64,000 bases of DNA. Source: Marsupella aquatica (taxonomy: Eukaryota; Plantae; Marchantiophyta). The position numbers and the translations under genes were made by a program. How positions within the stretch are numbered: the stretch's first letter is position 1; every line of letters starts with the position of its first letter. The notes beneath the pieces were generated by a model that was given only the letters and a program-made list of their open reading frames with translations, was not told where the DNA came from and made no database searches. The DNA is taken from positions 13,470,359 through 13,534,358 of the forward strand of contig OZ316893.1 in assembly GCA_973895155.1 (NCBI GenBank), written 5' to 3'. Of this stretch, positions 18,326-28,750 are shown piece after piece.

Positions 18326-18679
18326 ACATAACAGGAAAGCATCAATGTGGAGGAGTTCACCCCTCCTCGTATCCTCGAAACCCCTCTCTTCTTTAGCTCC
18401 ATGACTTGACAGAAAACTCCTTCACTCGACAGAAAACCTGACTGTGAAGTCTCTTTCGAAGACCGCTTCTTCGGTCAAAATATTGTCATCAGTCCGTCGA
18501 TTGTGGCATTTTGCAGAGTCTCTGATCGAAGTGTTTTCGTTGGCCTAGGGTTTCAGATGGGAGAAATTGAGCATTGAGCATTGAGCCGGCCTCTTCTTGT
18601 GAAGGGACTTCGACGATCGGAAGGCTTGACGGGAGAGGTGAGATCGGCAAAAAACATTGGGCAGAGAGTAGTGTCAGTA

Positions 18680-19993
18680 ATGGCCGTCGCCGATCGTTTG
18701 ACCGTTCTGTTCTGGATCACGGTGCTGCTTCCGCTGATGTGTGCGGGTTTCTCGGAGGACAATCCGACAGATCAACGAGTGCTCGTGTTGCTGGACGATC
18801 TGTCTTTGAAGGCTTCGCACTCGACTTTCTTCAAGTCCTTGGCGAGCCGGGGATACGATTTGGACTTCAAGCTCACTGACGATTCCAGCTTGGCGTTGCA
18901 ACGGTATGGAGAGTATCTTTACGATGCGCTCGTCCTCTTCGCGCCGTCGGTCGAAGAGCTCGGCGGCTCACTGGATGCGGCTTCAGTGCTGGCGTTCGTG
19001 GATTCCGGGCACGATTTGATTCTTGCAGCCGACACGCACACTTCTGACTTTGTTCGAGACATAGCCACTGAGTGTGGCGTTGATTTTGATGATGAGGCTG
19101 ATGCCGTGGTTGTCGATCACATCAATTTTGCTGTAGATAGCGGAGATGATCACACTCTTGTTGTTGTTGACAATTTGATCAATGCTCCGGTTCTGACTGG
19201 GCCAGCTGCCGTCGAGGCCCCTGTTTTGTTCCGTGGAATTGGTCATTCTCTAAACCCGGCAAGTGAACTTGTGGTGAAGGTTCTATCTGCCTCTCCATCG
19301 GCGTTCTCTGCAAATCCCAACGCTGAGCTAACCTCCCCACCTGCTCTCACAGGGACATCAATTGGACTTGTTTCAGTAATCCAGGCAAGGAATAATGCTC
19401 GTGTACTCGTCTCAGGATCATTGGATTTCTTCAGTGACAAGTTCTTTGCATCACCAGTTCAAAAGCCTGGAAGCTCAACGAGGTATGCAAAGTCCGGTAA
19501 TGAGCAGGTTGCAGTCGAGCTCAGCAAGTGGACGTTTCATGAGCGTGGCCATTTGAAGGCAGGGAATGTTTTTTATCACAAGATTGGAGAACAGGAAGAG
19601 CCTGCAATACTGAGAATATCTGATGAAGTGGAGTTTTCCGTAGATGTTTTCGAATGGACGGGACAGGAATGGCAGCCTTACAAAGCGGATGATGTTCAAC
19701 TTCAGTTTTACATGATGAGTCCGTATGTCTTGAAGAACCTTACCCACAACAGTAAGGGCTCATTCTCCACAACCTTCAAGGTACCGGATGTGTATGGGGT
19801 GTTCCAGTTCAAGGTTGAATACAACAGACTGGGGTATACAAGGCTCAGTCTGAGTAAGCAGATCCCTGTCAGGCCATTCCGACACGATGAATATGAACGA
19901 TTCATAACGTCTGCTTTCCCATATTATGGAGGCTCTTTCTCGATGATGGCTGGGTTCTTTGTATTTGGGGTTGTCTTTCTGTATCACAAGTGA
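18680..19993 (+). CDS. OST48: Oligosaccharyltransferase 48 kDa subunit (OST48/DDOST/WBP1; plant DGL1), single exon
   Basis: Signal peptide [23 protein letters not shown], then [57 protein letters not shown] and [17 protein letters not shown], ending in a C-terminal TM helix and LYHK. Confidence 0.97.
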   Translation: MAVADRLTVLFWITVLLPLMCAGFSEDNPTDQRVLVLLDDLSLKASHSTFFKSLASRGYDLDFKLTDDSSLALQRYGEYLYDALVLFAPSVEELGGSLDAASVLAFVDSGHDLILAADTHTSDFVRDIATECGVDFDDEADAVVVDHINFAVDSGDDHTLVVVDNLINAPVLTGPAAVEAPVLFRGIGHSLNPASELVVKVLSASPSAFSANPNAELTSPPALTGTSIGLVSVIQARNNARVLVSGSLDFFSDKFFASPVQKPGSSTRYAKSGNEQVAVELSKWTFHERGHLKAGNVFYHKIGEQEEPAILRISDEVEFSVDVFEWTGQEWQPYKADDVQLQFYMMSPYVLKNLTHNSKGSFSTTFKVPDVYGVFQFKVEYNRLGYTRLSLSKQIPVRPFRHDEYERFITSAFPYYGGSFSMMAGFFVFGVVFLYHK

Positions 19994-21099
19994 AGCAATC
20001 CAGTAATGCTTCTATATGTCATGGGCTGCCGGCCAAGCTTTTGGACGACTCTCATGGGTTGGCCCTTGAAATTGATAAGTGGAAACAAGATTCCAGATCT
20101 CAGAGGTTCTGTAAACATTGTGCTAGCCGGCTAATAGATGATGAGAAGCATTTCAGTCTTGAAGGGACTGCCAATTTTGGGCTAGGTCTAGATCACAATT
20201 CAGCCATCAATTCAGAGATTCACAGTAGTCAGTTTTGGACTCTCTTTCTCAATTATGTCAGCCTTCTGTTAGTCGCTACGCTAGATATCGAGTTCATACC
20301 ATGCGAGTTGGATCGTATTGCTAGAGAGTTCCGTCGCCTAGTTGCCGACCTTTTAGTCTGCCTTGCAAGCGTGGACTCTTGGGAATCTTGATTGATTGTT
20401 GGTTGCATAGCCATTTGGGTCCTAGTGGACCTTAATTTCACTCCTCCACTCGGTGTATGAATGTCATTGACTTTCCTGGGGACTTTTTGATCTTTTATGC
20501 ATACTTACAGACAAGAACTAAAAGAGAACGCCAAATGCTATTGACATTGCCCAAGGACTTTTCAGCCGTTTGCTGCAGACTGTCTTATGCTATATTGTGC
20601 AGGAAGAAGTTCAGAATTGAGTATGGCTATTAAGTCAAATAGTAAAATGTCGTTCACTACCCCTCTGGTTTTCAACTTGTGATGAGTCATGAAAAGACTT
20701 AAATGGGAGAATTCATAAGGCCATCATTATCTTCACGAATTTGACTCCCTTACCTACAAGCTCACAAAATCAGAGCAGTGGAAGATAATTGAACTACAGA
20801 GGTGCTCCAAATCAACGAAGTTAAGGGTTCTAACGTTCTTATCTCTGACATCTGAGTGCAGGAAACACTCTCGAAGTTTAGTAAAGATTGTGTCTGGTTG
20901 AGAGTCCAATGGAGCTGAAATTGTACAGTCTTTGCATTTCCCTTCATGAGACAAGTCATTGTATTTCTCTTCATGAGACAACGAAACATTTGCCGCTAGA
21001 TCCCTCACACAGAATCAGAACGAAGGCATTAGATGTCTGAGAGTGTGAATTGTATGGCGTCCACCAACGCCCACCGCAGCATCTCTTCAAGGAGATTAG

Positions 21100-21371
21100 G
21101 TGAAAAGAAGCCAGCAGGGCTTTGTTTCCTGCTGAAGAGACGACCTGCTTTAGTAAAGATAACATGACAAGCAGAGTTCTTCTCAGGGTTCCTGAACTAG
21201 AACTGCATTTGGACAACTGAGGCAGCATTTCTTGAAGGAGATTTTGTGAAAAGAAGCCAGCAGGGCTTTGTTTCCTGCTGAAGAGACGACCTGCTTATGT
21301 AAAGATAACATGACAAGCTGAGTTCTTCGTAGGGTTCTGGAACTAAAACCTCATTTGGACGTCTGAGGCAG
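21100..21371. repeat. Tandem duplication, 2 x ~146 bp, directly upstream of the SIVA-like ATG
   Basis: gtgaaaagaagccagcagggctttgtttcctgctgaagagacgacctgctt starts at 21100 and at 21246. Confidence 0.9.
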
Positions 21372-21389
21372 AAGCAAAAGGCAGGATCG

Positions 21390-21923
21390 ATGTCCGGATC
21401 AAAGCGCTCTTGTCCTTACGGATATGTGGAGGGTGGTGGGGGCAGTCCAGGGCACGCCAAAGCTTTGAAAGCAGACACTGCCTCCATCTATGAAGCAACT
21501 CTCAATAAGCTCAAGCTCGGCGCTCGTTCGGCAACAACCGGCGGGGGGCCTCAAGCAGACCTCTGTTCAAGTGTCGAGAGGCTGGCCATTCATAGCCCTT
21601 CCACCATCACCACCACCACACAGCTCACAGCCAGCCGTCCCTGCCCTGTCTGTACGTCTAGGCTTTCTTCCGATAAAGTTTGCTTCCATTGCTCCAAAAG
21701 TTGTTGCGAGCATTGTTGCAGAAGATGTGAAGGCTGTCAAGAGCTTTTCTGTTCGATTTGCTCCACCTCCGATTACAGCGAACGCTACGAACGGAGCTTC
21801 TGCTTCGATTGCAATGCGGGGACAGGAACGCGGACCCTGAAATTGGAGAACCAATTGAATACACCGTTTCGATCTGCCTGCAACGACGTGGCTCGTAGTA
21901 TGGAGTTGTCATATGATTCGTGA
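21390..21923 (+). CDS. SIVA-like Cys-rich zinc-finger protein (177 aa)
   Basis: N-terminal MSGSKRSCP..., helix IYEATLNKLKLGA, and C-terminal CPVC-x8-CFHCSKSCCEHCCRRCEGCQELFCSICSTSDYSERYERSFCFDC. The Cys spacing and the D-Y-S-x-x-Y-E-x-x-x-C-x-x-C ending match the animal SIVA family as I recall it. Confidence 0.75.
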   Translation: MSGSKRSCPYGYVEGGGGSPGHAKALKADTASIYEATLNKLKLGARSATTGGGPQADLCSSVERLAIHSPSTITTTTQLTASRPCPVCTSRLSSDKVCFHCSKSCCEHCCRRCEGCQELFCSICSTSDYSERYERSFCFDCNAGTGTRTLKLENQLNTPFRSACNDVARSMELSYDS

Positions 21924-23664
21924 ATTTTGTACCTTCTCTGCTCAATGTAAAACAGTTCGTGTGGCATTTGAACAACGTTCGTACATTGGGGTGTGGTACT
22001 AGATTTATCTGATCTTTGTGGATATCCTCCGCTTTACAACTCCCTGGGCCTGTTCTGATGAGAGCGGCCGCTGGACACTATCTCGTCCTCTGCGCGGAAG
22101 ACCCCTAATCACAGAGACCACCTGCAATGCAGAGGACGAGGAATTGTGTTGAAAGGGCAGCAAAGACTAGGGGAAAGAGGGTAGCAGGATGCTAGAAGGT
22201 AGACCCTGCAGGTTGAAGGCTCGGAAGTGTGGAGAGTGCACTCAACGGGTCCAGAGTAGCCGTCAAGGATTGGATATGCTTCGCTGTTGAATGACATTCT
22301 CTCAAGGCAATGGTTGTCAGCTGATCTTTCAGATATTTTTTCTGGCCATGATATCTTTCGATTAAAATACTTTTCTCAGGGTGTAGATTTACTGGAAACT
22401 TTGACCCTTAGAAAATATGACGACACTGGATGTCTAATCCATGGTTTTGTATAGTCAAACGCTTCTTTCAATTGTGAGTGGTCATCCCGGTGGTCACGAG
22501 CAAGCCATGAAGAAACAGAAACTATATTGCTACCTTGTGGTTGTTATGAAGCATTCTGGACTGTTCCACGATTCATATTGGAACAATATCATAACATTGG
22601 AGAAAAGGTTTTTCAATTTGAATTATGGAAAAACGTTTTGTTTTTGGCAATTGCTTTCGCATTTGTTCGTGGGAACCGAGTACTGCCTGCTTGAAAACCA
22701 TTTCTGTCAAATTCTGTTTCAACGTAGGGTTGGTAAAGCTTCCCGTGAAATACGCCTGGTGTTCAGGATTACTTGTTCCAGGTCTTTCCATCTCGAACCT
22801 AAGTTTTAAGCAATAGATTTTGGAGATCTTTGATGGTAATTTGACCGATTGGTTTCTTCTTGCTGCTATGTGTATATTTAACTGGCTCTCATTGGATTGG
22901 ACCTTTGTTGTTCAGAGTTCACCTGGACTCGAAAGCTTCAGTAGATGTAATCTGTTGCATGAAAATCATCAGCTAACTCTCTCATTGTTGCTCTAATATG
23001 GTAATGTCCTACAAAATTAATTTGGGAGCAAAGTGGAGCGAACACAACACAAAATGATATCTTCTGATTGATGATATGCAAATAAGTTCTTTGTTTGGGA
23101 AACAAATTTGACAGATCCATTGACAAAATCCACAATCCAAAGACATTGGCCGGAATTCGTTCTTCACAAGTCGTGTTTGAAGCATCATGAGTTGAACATG
23201 CAACTTTGAATGCTTTGGAAGTGGTCCACTGAAAATTGACACTAACTCGAATCACAAAGTGATATAAAGCAAAGAATTCTTAAAAACTGAGAGCCGCGAG
23301 TATTCAGTGCTGTGGTCGTCTACTGAGGACTTTTGTCTATGTTTATAATTTCGCCTTTTGTTGTCAGAGTTGCTGAACTGGAAAGTTCATGATGGGGCGA
23401 GTTCGTTCACAGTCAGTCTAGTCGGTCACAAAATTCCAGTTATACGAATTGATCATTGATGATCCTTTGAATAGTCCGCTTTAGATTTCGGAGTTGTCCT
23501 CGACATGCATTGGAATCAAGATCGCGGCCTCGATTTGCCCTCCAACCTTCATATCCAAATTCTAATCTAAATTGCACATCTTGTAGAGTCAACTTACATA
23601 ATTTGGGGCAAGGTTAGACGAAAACAAACACATCTGTTCAGATGTCAGTCCGAGGAGCTTACCT

Positions 23665-24545
23665 ATGACTTGCCAGAGAGCTTAGCTGCAGGCAAGAGAG
23701 AAGTGACATAAGAAGAGACTCTGAAGGAAATGTAAATGACTTGCCCGAGAGCTTAGCTGCAGGCAAGAGAGAAGTGACATAAGAAGAGACTCTGAAGGGA
23801 AATTGTGAAAGTTTCCCTTTCTTCTGTACTCGTTCAAACAGCGTTCTGATAAGGTGTCGGTTAATTAGTCAGTGACATACTTACCGTCAGTCTTGCGTGT
23901 CAGGCTTGTCTCCTTTTGAATCTGCCGTTCACTTGGCGCCCATATGTACTGAGTTCCAGCCTTCTCAGGCGCATTATTCAATGAACATTTTCTGTGTATA
24001 CAATTTGTGTTCACGTTCTTGAAGTTTTCTGCTGTGTCAAGCTTTAGTATATCTCCTGGATCGACAGGTTATGGGCCTTAATTCTGTTGATTGCATTTGC
24101 ACGACACACGGAAGGAGTTACTTACTTATTTTCTCTATTGTGTTACAATGTCGCACGCGTTTCGCGACTCTACACACTCGATTCCAAAGTTGGAAGGTGG
24201 AGTCAATTATGACTCATGGAAGATGCTTGTCTCCGCTTGCCTTCAATCCTCCGGCTCGTGGAAATTTGTCGATGGGACTGTACTCCTCCAGTCAAGGAAA
24301 CTGACGAAAAGGATTATCAGTTCACAGCGAGGCTTGAGGCTTTTAATGCACAAGCAGCGTTAGCAAGAAAGTGTAAATGACTTGCCCGAGAGATTAGCTG
24401 CAGGCAAGAGAGAACTGACATAAGAAGAGACTCTGAAGGAAAAAATGTAAACGAAGATTGAATATCATCAGCCACCTAGAAAGAGAGCAACATATATGTT
24501 CCAGAGCTTAAATGTAGCCAAGAGAGAAGTGACAAAAGACGAGAC
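23665..24545. repeat. 71-bp direct repeat family, interrupted by a copia fragment
   Basis: atgacttgcc.gagag.ttagctgcaggcaagagagaa.tgacataagaagagactctgaagg occurs at 23665, 23736 and 24377, with a degenerate copy at about 24500. Confidence 0.88.
23805..24370 (+). mobile_element. Truncated Ty1/copia 5' fragment (LTR end, PBS and start of gag)
   Basis: ...cgaCA is followed by GGTTATGGGCC at 24067-24077, the copia/Ty5-type internal-tRNAMet PBS. ATG 24148 then gives IPKLEGGVNYDSWKMLVSACLQSSGSWKFVDG, a typical copia gag N-terminus. After a frameshift the reading continues as ..TARLEAFNAQAALAR and stops where the 71-bp repeat resumes. Confidence 0.72.
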
Positions 24546-25419
24546 CTTAATTGGAGGAAATTATTCTCAGCAGGTTTTCTAGAAACCTAAATGCAGCATC
24601 GATTAATACAGATTACCGGTGTGTAACCATTTTTGAACAATTTTGCTCCATTGATCCTCTAGCTCGGCACAAGGTTGTAGCTGTCTGGTTAGGTGATTTG
24701 CCAGTACCCTCTTGTCGGCTGGCTTAGATTGCTAGTATCTTGAGCTTGCATCACCAGTTTTCCTTGTTTGTTTGTCAGGGTCCTTGCATTTTGGCTCGTG
24801 TTGCCTGTTTTAGTTGGTGTTCTGCTTGATTTGTCTTGCCAAAATGTGCTCCCAATGCCAATTGCTGGGTTGCCTAATCGGCGGGGCATATCCCAAACTG
24901 GCTGCACTTCAAATTCCTTGCCATGGGAAAAACATAGAGTTCATAATGGTGGCACTTGTTTCTCTTTGATGCTTATCCTCCTGTCAATCTTGCTAAGTGC
25001 TCCTGGGAAACTCATTTAATGTTGCCTTTGGGTCCCACCACTCCATCACTCCTGTCTGCTATGGAGCACTGCCTATAGCACTGCCTATAGCGCTGCCCAT
25101 AACACCGCCCATAACGTATACTGTTAAGGTCCGCTACTATCCCTTTATGAGATATTATAGTTGACCGTATATGGTCGACCCGCGTATGCGGGGAGACCGT
25201 ATATGGGAGACTTAATATCCCATAAAGGGATTAGGGGTGCGGCCTTAGCAATACGTTAAGGAAAAGGGGATGTCGTTCATGCAACGGACGATCCCGATCA
25301 ATGTAGGATTGGACGGTGCGGATGGCAGATTAATCTGCTGACAGCATCTCACCGTTCAATTGGAAGACCCGAGTAGGGTTATTAGGGCCGGCTTCATCTG
25401 GCCAACGTTGGTTGTTCAG

Positions 25420-25840
25420 TGTGCATTCGGATCGTCGCATTCTCGCTCAGTCTGCGCTTGCTGCTGCGTTCGCGCTTGCAGCTGCTGTCGTTCGTTCGCG
25501 CTTGCTGCTGCTGTCGTTCATTCACGCTCAGTCCGCGCTTGCTGCTGCTGTCGTCTATTCGCGCTCAGTTCGCGCTTGCTGATGTTGTTGCCGACATTGA
25601 TTCTTTGTGCAAGGCGCTCAGTGTTTCTTTGTGCAAGGCGCTCGGTGTTTCTTGTTGCTGCTGTCATCGTTCATTCTCGCTCAGCCGTCGTTCATTCGCT
25701 TTCAGCTACTGCCGTCGTTCATTCTCGCTCAGCCGACGTTGATTCTTGCTCAGCCCACTGTCTGTGTTCAGGAGGCTCGATGTTTCTCTATGCAAGGCGC
25801 TCGGTGTTTCTCTGTCCAAGGCGCTCCGTTTTGTTGATCA
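25420..25840. repeat. Left subterminal short-repeat array of the YR element
   Basis: Repeated cgcgcttgctgctgctgtcgttcatt(c/t)cgctcag units and four or five gtgtttct.tgtgcaaggcgctc units. Confidence 0.8.
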
Positions 25841-26100
25841 ATCGCGCGGTGTATTTGTTTATGCAAGCTTTGCAACAGCGCATTTCAACACATTCCTTTA
25901 TTGTGCTTTTTACCTTTTAGTTTTTTTTCAGTTTCTTTGTGAGCTTCTGTTGTTTTTCCATGCTATACACATTCAATCGTCGTTTACAAACGTAAGTACT
26001 TCTGTTGTTGCCAGTTTGCTTCCTCGAATGTTTCATATGTCACAACTAGTTGCATTGTGAGCAGTAACTAAATCACTGTCTGTGTTCATCCTTGCAGATC

Positions 26101-28208
26101 ATGGCATTTGAAGGAGGTTATCCGCTCACAGATCTCAATCACAGTGGGAGGTAAGTCATTCTGATGACTGTTGCATGCCATTGCTCATGCGCACAGTTAC
26201 ATTGAGCTACGTTCATACTGCGGACATATCGAGCCTGTATCCTTATCCCCATCCTGATTGCCTAGAATGGCACAAACGCAGCACGATGACTACGGCACCA
26301 CCAAAGGCATTGGCGATCCCGTCGTTCAGCATTGGGATGTCAGCTCTCGCCGAGAACCAGATAACCGTCCCTTTGCTTGGGGTCGCCACTACCAGCAGCA
26401 TCGATCCGGTGTCTACCATGTTTGACGAACTGACGCTCGATGAGAACCAGATGCAAATGCTTTTTGATTTGCTCAATGCAGACCTCGATAGTGTCGATAC
26501 AGAGTCATCTGTCAGTCGACAGGTCGTTGTTCAGGTCGAAGGTCAAACTGCATTTGAGTTCTTGCTGAGGATGAGGCATTTCAGAGGACAATCGCTGCTG
26601 GTGGCACGAATCCGTCTGCGGCTGTTGATAAGTGGGCCCAAAATCGCCTTGAGAAATACTGCAAGTTCAAGGGTTGGGAAGCCACCACTCCTTTCGAAGA
26701 CTTGCTACTTGGCGACTGCAGTACCTTACTTACCAAGTTTTTTGAACAGGTTACTAAGAAGGATGGTTGTCTTTATCCCAGCCGGGATCCCAGCCAGACC
26801 TTAATGGGGCTGTACCGTGCATTTCACAGAATGCTTTGTCGTAAGCAAGAGTCTAGAGTTCAGCTCTCTGGTCAAGATGAACTGATTTTCAACTTCAGGA
26901 CCAGCCCTCTGTTTAAACAGGTAGGTATTTCTTGTGTGTTAGCCATGGAAAGATCTCGTCGTGCTGGCACGAATTTGCCCTGGAAGAAAGCATCAGTCAT
27001 TTCTCTCTCAGCTGAACACACAATACTGGAACACGCTTGTACTAGCCGTGGATATCCAAGAGGTCTGCAGAGAAGGTGTGTGTTCTACTTGCTATGCAGA
27101 TTTGCAATACGTGGTGGAAAGGAGCTTTATAATCTTGAGAAAACTGAGTTTCAGTTTGGCACTGATGAAGCTGGTGAGTATGTTCGCTATGATGAGCGAC
27201 TTTCAAAGAACTATCGTGTTAGTCTCGATAGGTATCAAGAAGAACACTTCCGGCCTGCTGTGACAGAACACGACCAAGACATGGTCGAGACGTTGAAAGA
27301 GTTGATCAGTCATCTTGCTGTGTCGGGTATGTTTATGTTCTGCCAAGCCATTGACAATCCACGAACTAATGTTTGGTATTCAACACTTCATGTGTCTGCC
27401 AAGAAGTTGACTGGATGCTTGAAGGAAATCCATCAACAATGCGGTCTAGGTGTTGAAGCTATTTCTAACAAATCAGGGAGAACAACGTGCGTTACGAGGA
27501 TGGCTTCCGAAGGTGTACCACCGGCAGTGGGAATGCGGATCACTGGCCACAAATCTCAAGGTGCTTACAATCGATACGATCGCTCTGTTGAAGCACAAGT
27601 TCGTGTTGCACAGAGATCTGCAGGTGAGGGAAGTGCTTATAACTCTAACGTTGTTGAAGAGACGGATCTGTTCAAGAGTAATGTGATTGAAGGTGGTGAG
27701 GAGCGTGCGGCTCTGAAGAAGGCTCGTTCAGAGCGAGGTTGAGAGGTCTCAGGTAATGTCCAACTAGACTAGTGACTTTCATTATGTTACGAATCAGAAT
27801 TCAGCTACTAACAGACATTTCTGTTTTGCAGGTAGCTCCACTAGCCAGAGGAGCGAAATGTGCATATCCGACAGTACGAGTGTTGGGATGAGTGTAGCTG
27901 CTTCTGCAGCCCTATCTGTAGCTGAAGTCGTGGAGATTCATGGAGTGGACCTGATGGTTTTAGACTCTGAGAATAATGCAAAGGCAGTGCCATCAACTAT
28001 AACCGAGGAGGGTGGAGTTCTTGCTGAAGATGACTCTGAGGGAGTAGAGTGGATGCATGACTATGACTGGGATAAATACATGTCTCCGTGGGACCGTGAA
28101 GGAGGTCGCAACACAATTGTGAACCCAATCAATGCTGTAATCGGCAATATTTCTGGAATGACCAACTGCACCATTAACTTCAACATCAAGTCATTGCAGA
28201 CCAGCTGA
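26101..28208 (+). pseudogene. Spliced Crypton/DUF3504-type tyrosine recombinase gene with one frameshift and one in-frame stop
   Basis: Translation gives VDKWAQNRLEKYC..LLTKFFEQVTKKDGCLYPS..TLMGLYRAFHR (core-binding region), FAIRGGKELYNL (catalytic R), RYDERLSKNY (K), ISNKSGRTTCVTRM (xxR box) and MRITGHKSQGAYNRYDR (H, Y). The intron 27753-27831 joins in frame to ORF 27858-28208, which ends ISGMTNCTINFNI. Frameshift near 26559, TGA at 27740-27742. The 5' exon (26101-26150, ATG...ag|GTAAGT) and its acceptor are uncertain. Confidence 0.8.
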
Positions 28209-28579
28209 GTGGTGTGAATGAAGTCGAAACAGTCACTGTAGCAGGCCTTTGTGGCATGTGGAAACTAGATTAGATTAGATAATTAGTCAGTATAGATGAC
28301 AAGCTTAGATAGATTCTTGTAGCCATTATAGACAGCAAGCTGCCATAACAACAATTTTACTATATCTGGTAGAATAGCGCCATTTCAAAGTCTGCTTGAC
28401 TCATATAATTGTAATTTTGCTAATAAGTCCTCAGTGATATACCCAGTTTTCACTGGTGCTTCACAAGACTACATTCAATGTGAATATTTTCATTTCATAT
28501 AATAAAGTTTTTACTCTCCACTGTGGGAGTTTTCCTCGTATTTTATATGTGACTTACTTCCCAGATTTGACGAGTAGAC

Positions 28580-28750
28580 AGCCTGTTTTGAATCGCTTTT
28601 GAATCGCCGCGCGTAGACACCCTGTTTGAGTTGTCGCACGCCTAGGCACATTGGATACCCTGTTCAGGAATTTGACACCCTGTTTGAATTGCCGCGCGCC
28701 TAGGCACGTTGGATACCCTGTTCAGGAATTTGAAACGCCGCGCTTAGGGC
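28580..28750. repeat. Right subterminal repeat array of the YR element
   Basis: gacaccctgtttga.ttg.cgc.cgcctaggcac.ttggataccctgttcaggaatttga occurs twice, plus partial units. Confidence 0.8.

Noticed and set aside
18581-18679. N-terminal extension of the OST48 ORF (likewise 34796-35026 for the chitinase)
   Set aside because: These ORF-track starts are non-ATG codons. The signal peptides begin at the downstream ATGs (18680 and 35027).
25360-25920. Cys/Arg-rich ORFs of 186, 107 and 76 aa
   Set aside because: They are translations of short tandem repeats that are open in several frames and carry no domain signal.
26702-27742. Bacterial or phage integrase contamination, or a DIRS retrotransposon
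   Set aside because: Spliceosomal intron signals and DUF3504-type motifs point to a eukaryotic element, and no RT, RNase H or gag is nearby.
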